Assembly: GCA_020348445.1 (NCBI GenBank)
Contig: CP070751.1
Location: 997,451-1,039,208, forward strand
From: Thermoplasmata archaeon
GTDB lineage: Archaea; Thermoplasmatota; Thermoplasmata; GCA-020350865
Length of the DNA: 41,758 bases
Reading direction: 5' to 3'
The notes beneath the pieces were generated by a model. That model ran no database searches. It was not told the DNA's origin and was given only the letters and a program-made list of their open reading frames with translations. Positions within the stretch are counted from its first letter, which is position 1, and every line of letters begins with the position of its first letter. Below are positions 18,551 through 28,940 of the stretch, piece by piece. Made by a program: the position numbers and the translations under genes.

Positions 18551-21226
18551 TTAATTCAATTTTCTAGGGGGCTGGACCATGGTTTTACACATTGGACATT
18601 CTATTGGAAGGAAATCCCCCTCGTGCAATATTATGGGATAGCGGCAGTTGGAACAGAATATCTTGGTATCTGAGATTGTTGGTGGGTGGTCCCTTATTTT
18701 TTGTATAATAGGTGCATCCGTCGGTGTTTCCTCTTTAGGGGGGATATCTTCTTCAGATGCATCCTCGATATGGTCCTCTTTCTCAATTTCTTTATCTTCA
18801 ACAATATGACCTTCATCTATTATAGATTCCTCTTCAGCTTTTACTGTTTTAGGGTGTTTTGTATATAATTTCTTCATCACAAGGGTTGTAATTAACATAG
18901 GAATGACTATTACCGCGAATAATATATAATAAAAATAATCCACAAGTGAGAACGGCTTGCTATTTGCGTCCAATGGGTTCGTCCCTGCTTTGTATTCCTG
19001 AAGGTTTGTATATCCGTCATCATCTTTATCTTCTTTCGCGTCTTGATGATTTGTGGAATTCAAACCATATTTTTCTTCCCATTGATCGGGTATACCATCA
19101 TTGTCATCATCCAAGTCAGCATTATTGCCAATTTTATCATTATCGGTGTCAAGCCATTCATTGGGATCATCTGGAAATGCATCAGGATTGTTGCCTCTTG
19201 TATTGTCTCCCCAACCATCACCGTCCCTGTCATCCCATTGTGTTGGGTCATTAGGGAAAGCGTCCTCTACATCTCTGATACCATCCTCATCAGAATCCAG
19301 AATGATAGTAATAAATCCAATATCACATGGCTTAGCAATTTGATTACCTGCTAAATCCCAAATAATCACACGGATTTGGTAATCGCCATCCTTAACGAAA
19401 TTACTATTCGAATTCTTTCCATCCCAAGTTATAAACTGAAACTCTGCTGTGGTATTGCCTTTTAATATCATATCAGTTGTATTATCAAAACCTTGTACCC
19501 CATCTGTATCTATAATCACTTCATAATGTCCCTGCTCATTTGTTGTGAATTCTAAATAGAAGTTATCACGGGGTAGAAGCAAGAAACCGTGTATAATATA
19601 TGGAGATGATATGAAAAACGGGGGTTTAGTATCTGGTGGTATACTTCCAGTGTAAGGTTGCATCAACGGGTAATTATCATACGTATTTGAATCAATCTCA
19701 TAGGGAGTATCCCCTATTCCATCACCATCGTCGTCGCTTCCAGTATAATCACTCCAGTAGTTACCTTCTCCACCATAATCCCATATATTGTTGGTTCCAT
19801 CATCAAATCCTAGTTCTCCTACAGCATCGTTATCAATGAAATTATTATGATAGATAATATTTTCAGATGGTGGGATATCCCCTGTAGAAGCAACTAAACG
19901 AATGTAATAAGTAAAGCTTAATTTATTACAATTTATAAGAGTGTTTTCAGTAATACGATTTTGCTTACATGCTTCTCGAAGATAAATACCTTCAAATTTA
20001 ATAGATGAAATATTATTCCTTGATATATCATTAAAACTAGCATCCCACAACCATATACCAAAATCGCTGTCAATTACAATATTATCAATAATATTAATAT
20101 AATTGCTATTACTAAGAAAAATCCCTTTATGCCATGCACTTTGGATAGAGTTACTAGATATGAAGTTATTGTTAGATTTTTTTAAATAAATACCTGTTAT
20201 ACCTCCAAAAACATCATTATTCGTTAGATTACAGTACGATGATAATTTCATGGAGATTCCCCAACTATTATTCCAAATCTTATTTCCCGTAATTATTATA
20301 TTATCTGAATATGAGATATCTACTCCACCAAGTGTATTGATTATTTCTAGATTTCTAACAGATATATTAGAACAATTGACCAGAATGAGCTCTCCAACGT
20401 GTATACCATCAATATCCATCCAGTGACGACTCACATAATAATACAATGGTTTATTATTTACAATATTGTTATCTGGTATCGTATGTGATGTGTAATGGTA
20501 TAATTGGTCACCACTAATACTTACACCGTCTCTTGTGAAATTATTGTTAATTAGCATATTATTTGACGATTTTCTTAGGCTTACTCCACCAAACTCCCGA
20601 TTGTTTGATATATTATTATTTGTAATAATGTTATTAGAAGACAAATAGACTTCGATCCCTCCTAGGTTGTTTAAAATATCATTATTTGTTATATTATTAT
20701 TAAATGATGAGTAAATGTATATTGCGTGATTATTAAGAAAGAATCGATTATTATAAATCCGACAGAATTTTACGTTATTTAGTTCTAATCCAGCATAGGA
20801 GTATCCTTTAGTTATGTTGAATCCTGTGATATTTACATAATTTGTATTAACATTTATTGTATCTCCATTGCCATCGCCATCAATTATGGTGGTAATCTTA
20901 TTCTCACCTGTCAAATTGATCGTTTTGCTTACCCACAGATTTTCGTAATATGTCCCATTATAAACGTAAACCGTATCTCCATCATTAGCTGCATCTATCG
21001 CATCCCCTATATTTGAATAATCAGCTGGGCCATCATCATCCACCGTGATTGTTGCAGCTTCCGAGTTCTTGGTGGTGAACAAAAGCAACACTATGATTAA
21101 AAACGCAAAAACTCCCAGCCAAATAACGCTTCTTAGGGAAAAATGCTTGCTTTTTACGGTCTTCTGCGGAGTATTACTTTGAAAAATATTGTAGCCTAGA
21201 TTTCTAAATAAATTTATATTCATCAT
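18551..21226 (-). CDS. Membrane-anchored surface protein: NosD/CASH beta-helix, FlgD-like Ig domain, thrombospondin type-3-like Ca-binding repeats, TM helix, C-terminal Cys4 zinc ribbon
   Basis: ATITVDDDGPADYSNIGDAIDAA...VYVYNGTYYENL, NYWSDYTGSDDDGDGIGDTPY, ITWDGKN...DGDYQI, DSDEDGIRDVEDAFPNDP, DKDDDGYTNLQEYKAGTNP, TM YYILFAVIVIPMLITTLV, CSNC-x13-CPMC. Confidence 0.88.
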   Translation of the reverse strand: MMNINLFRNLGYNIFQSNTPQKTVKSKHFSLRSVIWLGVFAFLIIVLLLFTTKNSEAATITVDDDGPADYSNIGDAIDAANDGDTVYVYNGTYYENLWVSKTINLTGENKITTIIDGDGNGDTINVNTNYVNITGFNITKGYSYAGLELNNVKFCRIYNNRFFLNNHAIYIYSSFNNNITNNDILNNLGGIEVYLSSNNIITNNNISNNREFGGVSLRKSSNNMLINNNFTRDGVSISGDQLYHYTSHTIPDNNIVNNKPLYYYVSRHWMDIDGIHVGELILVNCSNISVRNLEIINTLGGVDISYSDNIIITGNKIWNNSWGISMKLSSYCNLTNNDVFGGITGIYLKKSNNNFISSNSIQSAWHKGIFLSNSNYINIIDNIVIDSDFGIWLWDASFNDISRNNISSIKFEGIYLREACKQNRITENTLINCNKLSFTYYIRLVASTGDIPPSENIIYHNNFIDNDAVGELGFDDGTNNIWDYGGEGNYWSDYTGSDDDGDGIGDTPYEIDSNTYDNYPLMQPYTGSIPPDTKPPFFISSPYIIHGFLLLPRDNFYLEFTTNEQGHYEVIIDTDGVQGFDNTTDMILKGNTTAEFQFITWDGKNSNSNFVKDGDYQIRVIIWDLAGNQIAKPCDIGFITIILDSDEDGIRDVEDAFPNDPTQWDDRDGDGWGDNTRGNNPDAFPDDPNEWLDTDNDKIGNNADLDDDNDGIPDQWEEKYGLNSTNHQDAKEDKDDDGYTNLQEYKAGTNPLDANSKPFSLVDYFYYILFAVIVIPMLITTLVMKKLYTKHPKTVKAEEESIIDEGHIVEDKEIEKEDHIEDASEEDIPPKEETPTDAPIIQKIRDHPPTISDTKIFCSNCRYPIILHEGDFLPIECPMCKTMVQPPRKLN

Positions 21227-21241
21227 ATTTCCCCGCGATGT

Positions 21242-21311
21242 ATAATCATATGATTATTTTTCTCCATATAACTATTTAAAGATTACATGGTATTTACCAT
21301 GGAAATACCAT
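21242..21311. promoter_or_regulatory. Palindromic putative operators upstream of the 18551..21226 gene
   Basis: Perfect 16-bp palindrome ATAATCATATGATTAT at 21242-21257. 9-bp inverted arms ATGGTATTT/AAATACCAT at 21287-21311. Confidence 0.4.
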
Positions 21312-21412
21312 TCGATAACCAACATCTATTGTTTTTGGCTCAATCATCCAAGTATTAATTAAAATACTACCAAATAAACAAATTGGTAAATATCTTTGAC
21401 TAATATTTGTAC

Positions 21413-22657
21413 CTATTCTATTAAAGGCACAGTAACACTCCCATCCATCAAGAACAGCACTTTAGCGTTCTCGCCCTTTTGGGATATCGCAGCATCCACT
21501 GCCTTCTGAATACTTGGACAGGACTTCATAAAGGCTTTCTTTATTTCCCTGTCCTCCACATCAGTTATCGCCCATATCTCACCCTTTTTGGATGCTTCAA
21601 CTATCCTTGCAGCCTTATGATATCCAAGCTTGTAGCCCTTGTCTATGGTATCCAATACCTCCTTGGCATCTGAGGAGCTCGCTAAGAGGTCAAAGAAGAC
21701 CTTGTCTCCAATCCCGTCCCGGCATTTGGACACCAAAATGATTATTCCCCCATCCTTTAAGGCCATCTTTCCATTTTCAATGGCCTTCTGAGATTGATAT
21801 AGATCAACATCCATTGGATAAGGTGCCACAGAAACCACGATGTCCGCTTTTTCTTTTATCTTGACTGCAAAAACCTCGTTCGCCTTTTTAATAGCCGCAT
21901 GGAAGGAATCATAAATGTGGCCGGCTGTGGCTGCATAGATTTTCTGATGCCTGTCAAGCACAGCCATAATTGAAAATATCTCCTTATCTTGGATGGTCTT
22001 AATGGCATCCTCCATGTCCTCGGCAACCGGATTTCCCTCTAAAGCCAAGGGTTGGGCCTCGGGCCTCATGGCGTACCTGTGGTTCTGCTCGATGGTTTTG
22101 TAAGAGGCTATGCCAGGCAAGAAGGATTTCCTTCCACCAGTGTATCCTGCAAAATAATGAGGCTCCACAGAACTTATGATAACGATTTTATGGGCTTCGA
22201 CACCCAATTTATTGACATACATTTCCGTGCCATTCTTTGATTTGCCAATAAAAACCATATCCTCCTCGCGTTTTGCATCGTGAATAAATATTTTATCTCT
22301 AAGAGAATCCAGATGCTCACCAAATATGAACTTGAGCTCTTCCTCTGTGGGTGCCCTATGAATGCCAGTGGCAATTATGAATCTTATGTCTTTATCCTTT
22401 ATCTTATCGTAAAGGATACCCAATATCTTCGAGGTGGGAGTTGGTCTTGTGCCGTCATTTACTATGAAAAGGACATCCTTGGCATCGCTTAAGAATTCCT
22501 CGAAGGATTTTGAGTTTATTGGATTGTCAATTGCATTGAAAATAGTGCTTTGTTCATCCCCGAGTTCAACCTCATTTGGCATAACTATACCTGCCAGGTT
22601 CTGCTCAGGAACTTCCACAGAAATCGATTCTTTGCCGTAAGGAATTTCAAGCTTCAT
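21413..22657 (-). CDS. larA: Nickel-pincer-dependent lactate racemase (LarA) family protein
   Basis: NDGTRPTP, ATGIHR, EPHYFAGYTGGRKS (catalytic His and cofactor-binding Lys), QNH, DLYQSQKA, GYHKA. Confidence 0.9.
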   Translation of the reverse strand: MKLEIPYGKESISVEVPEQNLAGIVMPNEVELGDEQSTIFNAIDNPINSKSFEEFLSDAKDVLFIVNDGTRPTPTSKILGILYDKIKDKDIRFIIATGIHRAPTEEELKFIFGEHLDSLRDKIFIHDAKREEDMVFIGKSKNGTEMYVNKLGVEAHKIVIISSVEPHYFAGYTGGRKSFLPGIASYKTIEQNHRYAMRPEAQPLALEGNPVAEDMEDAIKTIQDKEIFSIMAVLDRHQKIYAATAGHIYDSFHAAIKKANEVFAVKIKEKADIVVSVAPYPMDVDLYQSQKAIENGKMALKDGGIIILVSKCRDGIGDKVFFDLLASSSDAKEVLDTIDKGYKLGYHKAARIVEASKKGEIWAITDVEDREIKKAFMKSCPSIQKAVDAAISQKGENAKVLFLMDGSVTVPLIE

Positions 22658-22819
22658 GTTATCGACACCTGAACCTACGTTGGACGATATTTAGTTTATG
22701 GTTGCAGTATGTCCTCTTTTGAATATAAAAAAGGGATCAGCCCTATTTCCACAGCAAATATGGACTTTCATGCAAAAATCTAAATAGATTCAAATCGTTT
22801 TTCAATAAGAGGGATTTCC

Positions 22820-23641
22820 TTGGTTAGAAAATATTACGTGGCAATATTGGTATTAGCTGTTCTTATCATCAGTGCATTATCCGGATGCTTTGAAGAAGAG
22901 GGCGATACTGTAACCAAGTCTGTTAAAGGAGAATATTTCGCCGATGAAAATACCCATTTAAAGGTCTACAATGTCAATGGAAAGGTCATAGTCAGTGGAT
23001 ATGACGGCGGGAATGTTACTCTGGATGCGCAAAAGAAAGTCCCTAGAAAACATAAAAGTGAACTTAATGAGGTTGAAATCAACGTTACCGAGGGTACCAA
23101 CGAGATAAAAATAAAAACAATAGTGGAGGACATTCATGCAAATCACGTCACTGTAAACATGGAAATTATGGTCCCATACTATGTGATTGTGGACACTGTA
23201 CAGAATACAAATGGAGATATTGAGATTTCTGACACACTGGGAAACACCTCAGTGGGAAATACAAATGGAAACATAATCATAAATGACGTAAGTGGGTATG
23301 TTTCGGCAAATTCAGCCAATGGCGTAGTCGAGGTTAGAGGAACCACAGGAATCGGTTCTGTGGGAACAACAAACGGCAATATCTATGTCCAGATATTTGA
23401 TATAAACTTCGATGTAGATATCACATCAACCAATGGAAATATTGATGTATATATACTTACCTCGATGCAGGTAAGCATTGAATTGAGGACAACCAATGGG
23501 AAAATATCGGTAAAGGATGTTCCATTAACTTATACCAAAGAAGAAGATACACACAAAATTGGGGATTTGGGAAGTGGTGGATTTAAGATAAATATAGTGA
23601 CGTCCAATGGGAACGTCAATCTTAATAAATTAAGTGCTTAA
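22820..23641 (+). CDS. DUF4097/adhesin-like beta-strand repeat lipoprotein
   Basis: Lipobox-like LSGC after a hydrophobic leader; repeated T(T/S)NG.I motifs. Confidence 0.8.
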   Translation: MVRKYYVAILVLAVLIISALSGCFEEEGDTVTKSVKGEYFADENTHLKVYNVNGKVIVSGYDGGNVTLDAQKKVPRKHKSELNEVEINVTEGTNEIKIKTIVEDIHANHVTVNMEIMVPYYVIVDTVQNTNGDIEISDTLGNTSVGNTNGNIIINDVSGYVSANSANGVVEVRGTTGIGSVGTTNGNIYVQIFDINFDVDITSTNGNIDVYILTSMQVSIELRTTNGKISVKDVPLTYTKEEDTHKIGDLGSGGFKINIVTSNGNVNLNKLSA

Positions 23642-23816
23642 TCTCAGATTTTATTTTGTAAAAGAGCCGAGGATGGGCATTTGGCTTCCTAATAAGGAAT
23701 AATCAATAAACCAGTCTTTACACCAATATAGGAATTAGGGAAAGTGAATAATGCCTTTTACCAAAAAAATATTACAATATGATTTGATATCCTGCTATGG
23801 AGGATAAGGGAAACCA

Positions 23817-24947
23817 ATGAAAAGGAAAAAAGATAAACCTGTTCTCGAAGGTCGAGAAAAATACGACAGGAGGCTATTAATTTTCTTTTCCTTTTGGCTT
23901 CTTTTAGGTTTCTTGGTCAGTATAGCAGATGGATTCATATCTGGGAGAGAAAGTATAAGATCCCTAATCCCTGCTCTTATAAGCAGTTTTTCTACGGCAT
24001 TCTTCTTTTCGGGATTCCTTGCTTTTAAGTATCACCGCAAAAGGGGAATAATCCCCATGAAAAGGATCTTGAAATGGTTTGCATTGATTTCATTGGTTAT
24101 CGGTTTGGTGTTTGCCGCGGTGATATTCTGGTACGCCACACAGACGACGATCTTGGATGATCAATCTCTTGAATTGAGTGGAATCGAAATGATCGGAATG
24201 TTCATCGTTTTGTGTTTAATGGGGTTCATTGGGGGTTTTATCGTCCTCCTTGGTGCCATGATCCTGGGCTTTGGTATGATCGGAGTCATGTCTGCACTTA
24301 TTAGGAGCAAAACCCCTGAGCTCTTAGTTGAAATCAAAAAAATTACCCCAAACATATCGGAATCAATGAAAAAGACGGATAAGAAAACATATAGAGGATA
24401 TGCCTGGCTTGGATGGATATTCATTATCCCTTACGTTCTTGACACCAGTACTTTAACCATAAACCATGATGAATCTCATAAGCAGATCCCGTGGACAGTC
24501 TTTAAAAAAGCCATGGTGTGGCAGATACTTTTCGGTAATATTGTGGTGATATATATCAGCTTCAATCCCTTCCTTTTGGAACTCATGAACATGCAGGCGC
24601 TGTTTTCCATAGCCTCAAATGTAACCTTGTTTATCCCAATACTCGTTCTTCCATGGTTCATCTATTATAAGCTAGATGTAAAAATTAAAGGACCTGTTCG
24701 GGATTTCAGGCTGTATGATGGTATCAAGGCCCGCATGTTCCAGACCCTTGTGGCATTTGGCACAATCCTTCTTCTAATTCGGCTTGCTTTAAAAAATCCA
24801 CAATTTCAAGATTTTGCATGGGGGTTCTTAGGGTATTTCATGTTTTTTGTTGGGGGAGTCTTCATTTTCACATTCGTATACTTCAATTATTTCAATGATG
24901 ACCTAGCTATAGATATCGCCACGAAATTCGAAAAGATCAAGGATTAG
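23817..24947 (+). CDS. Multi-pass membrane protein of unknown function
   Basis: About 8 hydrophobic segments; GGAGG/GGGA upstream. Confidence 0.8.
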   Translation: MKRKKDKPVLEGREKYDRRLLIFFSFWLLLGFLVSIADGFISGRESIRSLIPALISSFSTAFFFSGFLAFKYHRKRGIIPMKRILKWFALISLVIGLVFAAVIFWYATQTTILDDQSLELSGIEMIGMFIVLCLMGFIGGFIVLLGAMILGFGMIGVMSALIRSKTPELLVEIKKITPNISESMKKTDKKTYRGYAWLGWIFIIPYVLDTSTLTINHDESHKQIPWTVFKKAMVWQILFGNIVVIYISFNPFLLELMNMQALFSIASNVTLFIPILVLPWFIYYKLDVKIKGPVRDFRLYDGIKARMFQTLVAFGTILLLIRLALKNPQFQDFAWGFLGYFMFFVGGVFIFTFVYFNYFNDDLAIDIATKFEKIKD

Positions 24948-25057
24948 GTGTCGGTGAACGACGATTTATCACCTTTTACAAGAATTTTAAACATGCTGAA
25001 AAAACAAAACATTAAAATGAACGTGCCTTATTAACTCCACTTAGGTGTGTTGAATTT

Positions 25058-25771
25058 ATGTGGACATTTGGACATTGTTGTCTTGGGTATATTATTAGTA
25101 GGCCGATGTTTGGAAATAAGCCCTTAAAACCCATTTCCCTGCTTTCGATCTTTTTAATGGCTAATGTTCTAGATAGCGCTCATATTTATACAATCAGACA
25201 ATTGATGCATAGTTTGATTTTCTTTTTTCCATTTACAATTATGGTCCTTTTGGTCATCTATAAAATCAATATAATCAGAAGATATGAAATCATTCCCCTA
25301 TTCGTTGTCGCTTTGACGCATATTATTGCTGATATATTTTTTGGCGGCTTTGCTCTTCTTGCGCCCATTAGCTATCAAGAGGTGGGAATTTTTGCATGGG
25401 GGAGTTATTTTAATATGTCTGTGGAGATCGTACTATTTGCCATCATGATGGTGGTATTGATTTATACAGGGGATCTCAGGAAGTTGGGAGAGGTATCTTT
25501 TCTGAAAAAGAAAGAAAGAAGAGGTCAGAGAATATTTCAAAACTTCGTCCTTGTCATATTTATCCTGGTTACCCTTGGTCAAATAGGGACTGTGATATAT
25601 CTCGATTTTTTACAAGGACCGAATTTTTATAATGAGCTTGTATACAACGATAAAAGTATGTGGTATATCTCGTTTTTATTTATGGTGGTCCAGATAATTT
25701 TCCTTTTCATTCTCCTTAAATGGGCCCGAGATAGGTTCAAAAAACCAAGATCAATGGTATCAAATTCGTGA
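25058..25771 (+). CDS. Membrane-bound metal-dependent hydrolase (YbcI/DUF457-like)
   Basis: N-terminal GH, N..D..H, HS, and H..AD motifs between TM segments. Confidence 0.7.
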   Translation: MWTFGHCCLGYIISRPMFGNKPLKPISLLSIFLMANVLDSAHIYTIRQLMHSLIFFFPFTIMVLLVIYKINIIRRYEIIPLFVVALTHIIADIFFGGFALLAPISYQEVGIFAWGSYFNMSVEIVLFAIMMVVLIYTGDLRKLGEVSFLKKKERRGQRIFQNFVLVIFILVTLGQIGTVIYLDFLQGPNFYNELVYNDKSMWYISFLFMVVQIIFLFILLKWARDRFKKPRSMVSNS

Positions 25772-25826
25772 TGCTTGGATTATGATAACGAATGAGCACT
25801 TTCTTGGATTTCAAGATAGAAGAAAA

Positions 25827-26522
25827 TTATGATTGAGTGTCAAATCGTTTAATTATGCTCTCATCGATTTGCTCGCCTAATTCCTCTGTTAATTTTTTTA
25901 GCTCTCCTCTTTGAACAAGTTTCACTCCAATTATTGCTATTACGATTCCGGCTATGGTATCAACGAGCAAATCCTTCATTGTATCCTGCAGTCCCCATTG
26001 CTCATGCGTTCCAAACAATAAATCGGTTCCCCACTCAAAAAACTCCCATACCACGCCCATGGCCATTGCAAATATCACAACTAGAAATGCCATGGCATAA
26101 AGGTCCATATGTAAACCATCCCAGTGTTCATGCAAAATATAAATAATTATAAATGCTAAAAAACCCACGAGAATCGATGCAACAAAGTGGGTGATTGTAT
26201 CATACCCAGGGATTATGCCGTACAAGTTAAAAATGACCCCCCCCACATGTAAAAATATGACAATTGAAATCATCAAATCAAGTACCCAAGGTAAAGTGAT
26301 ATTAAAATCATGTTTAAGAATAGTGGGTATAAAACCGAGTAATATGGCAAAACCGCATCCAATTACCCATAACCAGTCCTTCCTCCAAATGGATATTATG
26401 AGAAATATAATCAATAATATTCTTAGAACGTATGATGCTACAAAATTTTTATCATATACATTATATTTTATTATTTTCTGTGGTGTTTCTTTCAATTTCT
26501 GCTGCGAATCTTTTAAATTCAT
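25827..26522 (-). CDS. Integral membrane protein, DUF2238/YjdF-like
   Basis: YDTITHFVAS, GVVWEFFEW, DTMKDLLVD motifs within TM helices. Confidence 0.72.
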   Translation of the reverse strand: MNLKDSQQKLKETPQKIIKYNVYDKNFVASYVLRILLIIFLIISIWRKDWLWVIGCGFAILLGFIPTILKHDFNITLPWVLDLMISIVIFLHVGGVIFNLYGIIPGYDTITHFVASILVGFLAFIIIYILHEHWDGLHMDLYAMAFLVVIFAMAMGVVWEFFEWGTDLLFGTHEQWGLQDTMKDLLVDTIAGIVIAIIGVKLVQRGELKKLTEELGEQIDESIIKRFDTQS

Positions 26523-26734
26523 TGACGGTTCCCCCTGCGATGTAAATTTAGTTGTGTTATTTATATTTTGTCTTGGAGAGATTTTGTTATTACTTCCGAT
26601 TTAATCTTCTTTAAGTGGACACCAAGATGAACCTTATTCGTATCTCAGCGCATCTCAACTGGCGACTTTCGTTTTTTTCAAACAAGGGTGTGGTAAAAGT
26701 GTAGTATAGGGCTCACTATACTCCAATTCTTTGT

Positions 26735-26833
26735 TCATACTATTTTTATTACAATTTTCCCTTTTGAATGACCTTCCTCGTAATGCCTATGAGCAACAGC
26801 AATTTGACTCAACTGATAAGTTTTATCAATTAT
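26735..26833 (-). pseudogene. C-terminal remnant (32 codons) of an MDR / NADPH:quinone oxidoreductase-like gene
   Basis: Reads IIDKTYQLSQIAVAHRHYEEGHSKGKIVIKIV*, which aligns with the C-terminus of 39947..40924 ([31 protein letters not shown]). It is preceded by an in-frame TGA and has no start codon. Confidence 0.75.
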
Positions 26834-27443
26834 TCAGAAATACCATCAGAGCAAGAACAAAGTAGTATAGCTGATAAGGGGTGACTCCAAATCTTTCGAG
26901 TAATCCCCTGTACTTACTTTTGATGAAGATACCTGCGATAATAATAAGAATTAACGAAGATAAGGCTGAAATGAGTGAATATATGGCAAAAACATTCCAT
27001 TGTGCAACATCCTTCAATCGAAACCAAAGTGCTACCATCCCACCAATTGTCAATATTCCCGATGCCATCACAAGAATTAGATGCATTTTTCCTCTGTAGG
27101 TTACAATTTCACCACCCTCATCAAGAGGGAAAAAGAAAGCAACGAGCATTCCTAAAAAAGAGCTGATTATAAATAAAACAGGTCCTACAATTGATCCTCC
27201 TTCATCATTTATGCCCTCATGCAATCCCAGGTAAAATAGGAACAATAGGACACTTGATACAATTATGAATGATTGCATTAGCCGCTTGTTTGGGGCACCC
27301 ACTGCAAATAACGAGCTAATATCATCTCGAATATGGCTATAATCCGATTGTATTTTACCGCCAAGAATCCACATTGCAGTATATACGATTGGACTTACCA
27401 TTCCGCAGATCGCCAGGATTTGAAAAATATTCATAATATCCAC
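26826..27443 (-). CDS. DUF998 family membrane protein
   Basis: YSHIRDDISSLFAVGAP, FFPLD, RGKMH, GLLER motifs; 5 TM segments. Confidence 0.82.
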   Translation of the reverse strand: MDIMNIFQILAICGMVSPIVYTAMWILGGKIQSDYSHIRDDISSLFAVGAPNKRLMQSFIIVSSVLLFLFYLGLHEGINDEGGSIVGPVLFIISSFLGMLVAFFFPLDEGGEIVTYRGKMHLILVMASGILTIGGMVALWFRLKDVAQWNVFAIYSLISALSSLILIIIAGIFIKSKYRGLLERFGVTPYQLYYFVLALMVFLNN

Positions 27444-27664
27444 ATTTGGATCTTGTTTATAGAAGGAGAAAAGCTAATTCTCCATAAATATTTTATTATA
27501 ATAATGAGTGATGATCTCAATCTACGGTTTCAATGTCTCGCTTCACTTAAATCCCTTAATGATCATAATACCCGATCACCATTTCAGGATTTATTATAGG
27601 AAAAGTTGACCATTAAAGGCAGAAAAATTTAAGTTTACCAATTTTATTCTGATTATGTGAGACT

Positions 27665-28102
27665 ATGAAATACGTTATTGTCTATTGGTCAAGATATGGA
27701 AACGGTAAAAAAGTGGTGGAACACCTCTCGAAAATCCTTGAAGAGAAGGGCAACGAGACAACAATCCTTACCACTGACCAAGCCAATCCAACATCGATGC
27801 CGGAAAGCGATATGTATGTGTTCTCAGCACCGACAGAGATGATGAACGTTCAGAAGAACATGAGGAAATTCATGAAGAAGTTAAGCGGTGTGGAGGGTTG
27901 TAATTGTGGGATCATAAACACCCATGAGACGCAGGGCATCAACTGGATTGGAAAGATGGAGAAGATGCTTTCGAAGAAAGGGATGAAGATGAAGGCCGGC
28001 ATGGACTTTGAAATCGGCAAAGAAGCTAAACAGGCGGAGGGGCTCCCTGAAGGATGGGAGAAGGAAGTGGAGCAGTTTGTAGAAAAACTCTCGGGTTCTT
28101 GA
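27665..28102 (+). CDS. Flavodoxin-family protein
   Basis: IVYWSRYGNGKKV FMN-binding loop, VFSAPT. Confidence 0.8.
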   Translation: MKYVIVYWSRYGNGKKVVEHLSKILEEKGNETTILTTDQANPTSMPESDMYVFSAPTEMMNVQKNMRKFMKKLSGVEGCNCGIINTHETQGINWIGKMEKMLSKKGMKMKAGMDFEIGKEAKQAEGLPEGWEKEVEQFVEKLSGS

Positions 28103-28211
28103 GACTAAATCCTTTTTCGGAACACCATCTCAGTCACCGATAGAAATCCATAAATATCGACTAAGCATTACTCATAATAGAGAGGAAACATATTGGGGGG
28201 AGTAAATTAAA

Positions 28212-28940
28212 ATGACGTCAAAACTTCTTCAGGTGCTGTCTCATCCTGTCAAGCTCGAAATTCTAAGAGCCATTACAACACAACCCGAGCCTGTGGAAAC
28301 AATTTCCCAGAAGGTTGATATTAGCATTGAGGAGACCATTGTTCATCTAGAAAGCCTTCACGGAGCAGGTCTTGTGGATAAGGAACCTGAAGGTACATTT
28401 CGCTCCAGTCCTTTTGGCCAGCTTACACTATCACTTCTTATAGATTTTGACTTTGTTGCCACCTACTCTGAGGACTTCCGCAATCTCGATCTCTCTCTTC
28501 TCCCCATTTCTTTTGTGGAACGCCTGGGAGAATTAAAAGCCAGCAAGCGTATAGAGGGAACGGTGGGTAATCTTCAACTCGCCGAGAGGATTTTCGAACA
28601 AGCTGGAAAGAGTATTTTTGTTATGGCCAATGAAGTTATGTTGGATGCAGTTCCCATAGTACGAGAAAAGATATCCCAGGGCGCGGATTTTCGCTTCATC
28701 ATCGATCAAACTTACAAGCCTCCTTCTGATTTTGAATCCACTGTTCCCCAGCTTTGGCGGCAGATTTGGAAGATTCCGGCTGCAACAGTGGTCACTGATA
28801 AGAAGGCAATGGTCTTCTTTTTAGACCGTAAGCTCAAAGTTGACTACTCTTTGGGCTTTGTGTCCAATGAACCTGTTTTCATGAAATGGTGCGAGGACCT
28901 TATAGATTACCTCTGGAACCAGGGGGATCAAGTTGAATGA
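28212..28940 (+). CDS. Archaeal ArsR-type winged-helix transcriptional regulator (DUF1724-like C-terminal domain)
   Basis: LSHPVKLEILRAI...HLESLHGAGLV, HDLS-like LDLSLLP..FVERLGEL, F.KWCEDL..YLW. Confidence 0.8.
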   Translation: MTSKLLQVLSHPVKLEILRAITTQPEPVETISQKVDISIEETIVHLESLHGAGLVDKEPEGTFRSSPFGQLTLSLLIDFDFVATYSEDFRNLDLSLLPISFVERLGELKASKRIEGTVGNLQLAERIFEQAGKSIFVMANEVMLDAVPIVREKISQGADFRFIIDQTYKPPSDFESTVPQLWRQIWKIPAATVVTDKKAMVFFLDRKLKVDYSLGFVSNEPVFMKWCEDLIDYLWNQGDQVE

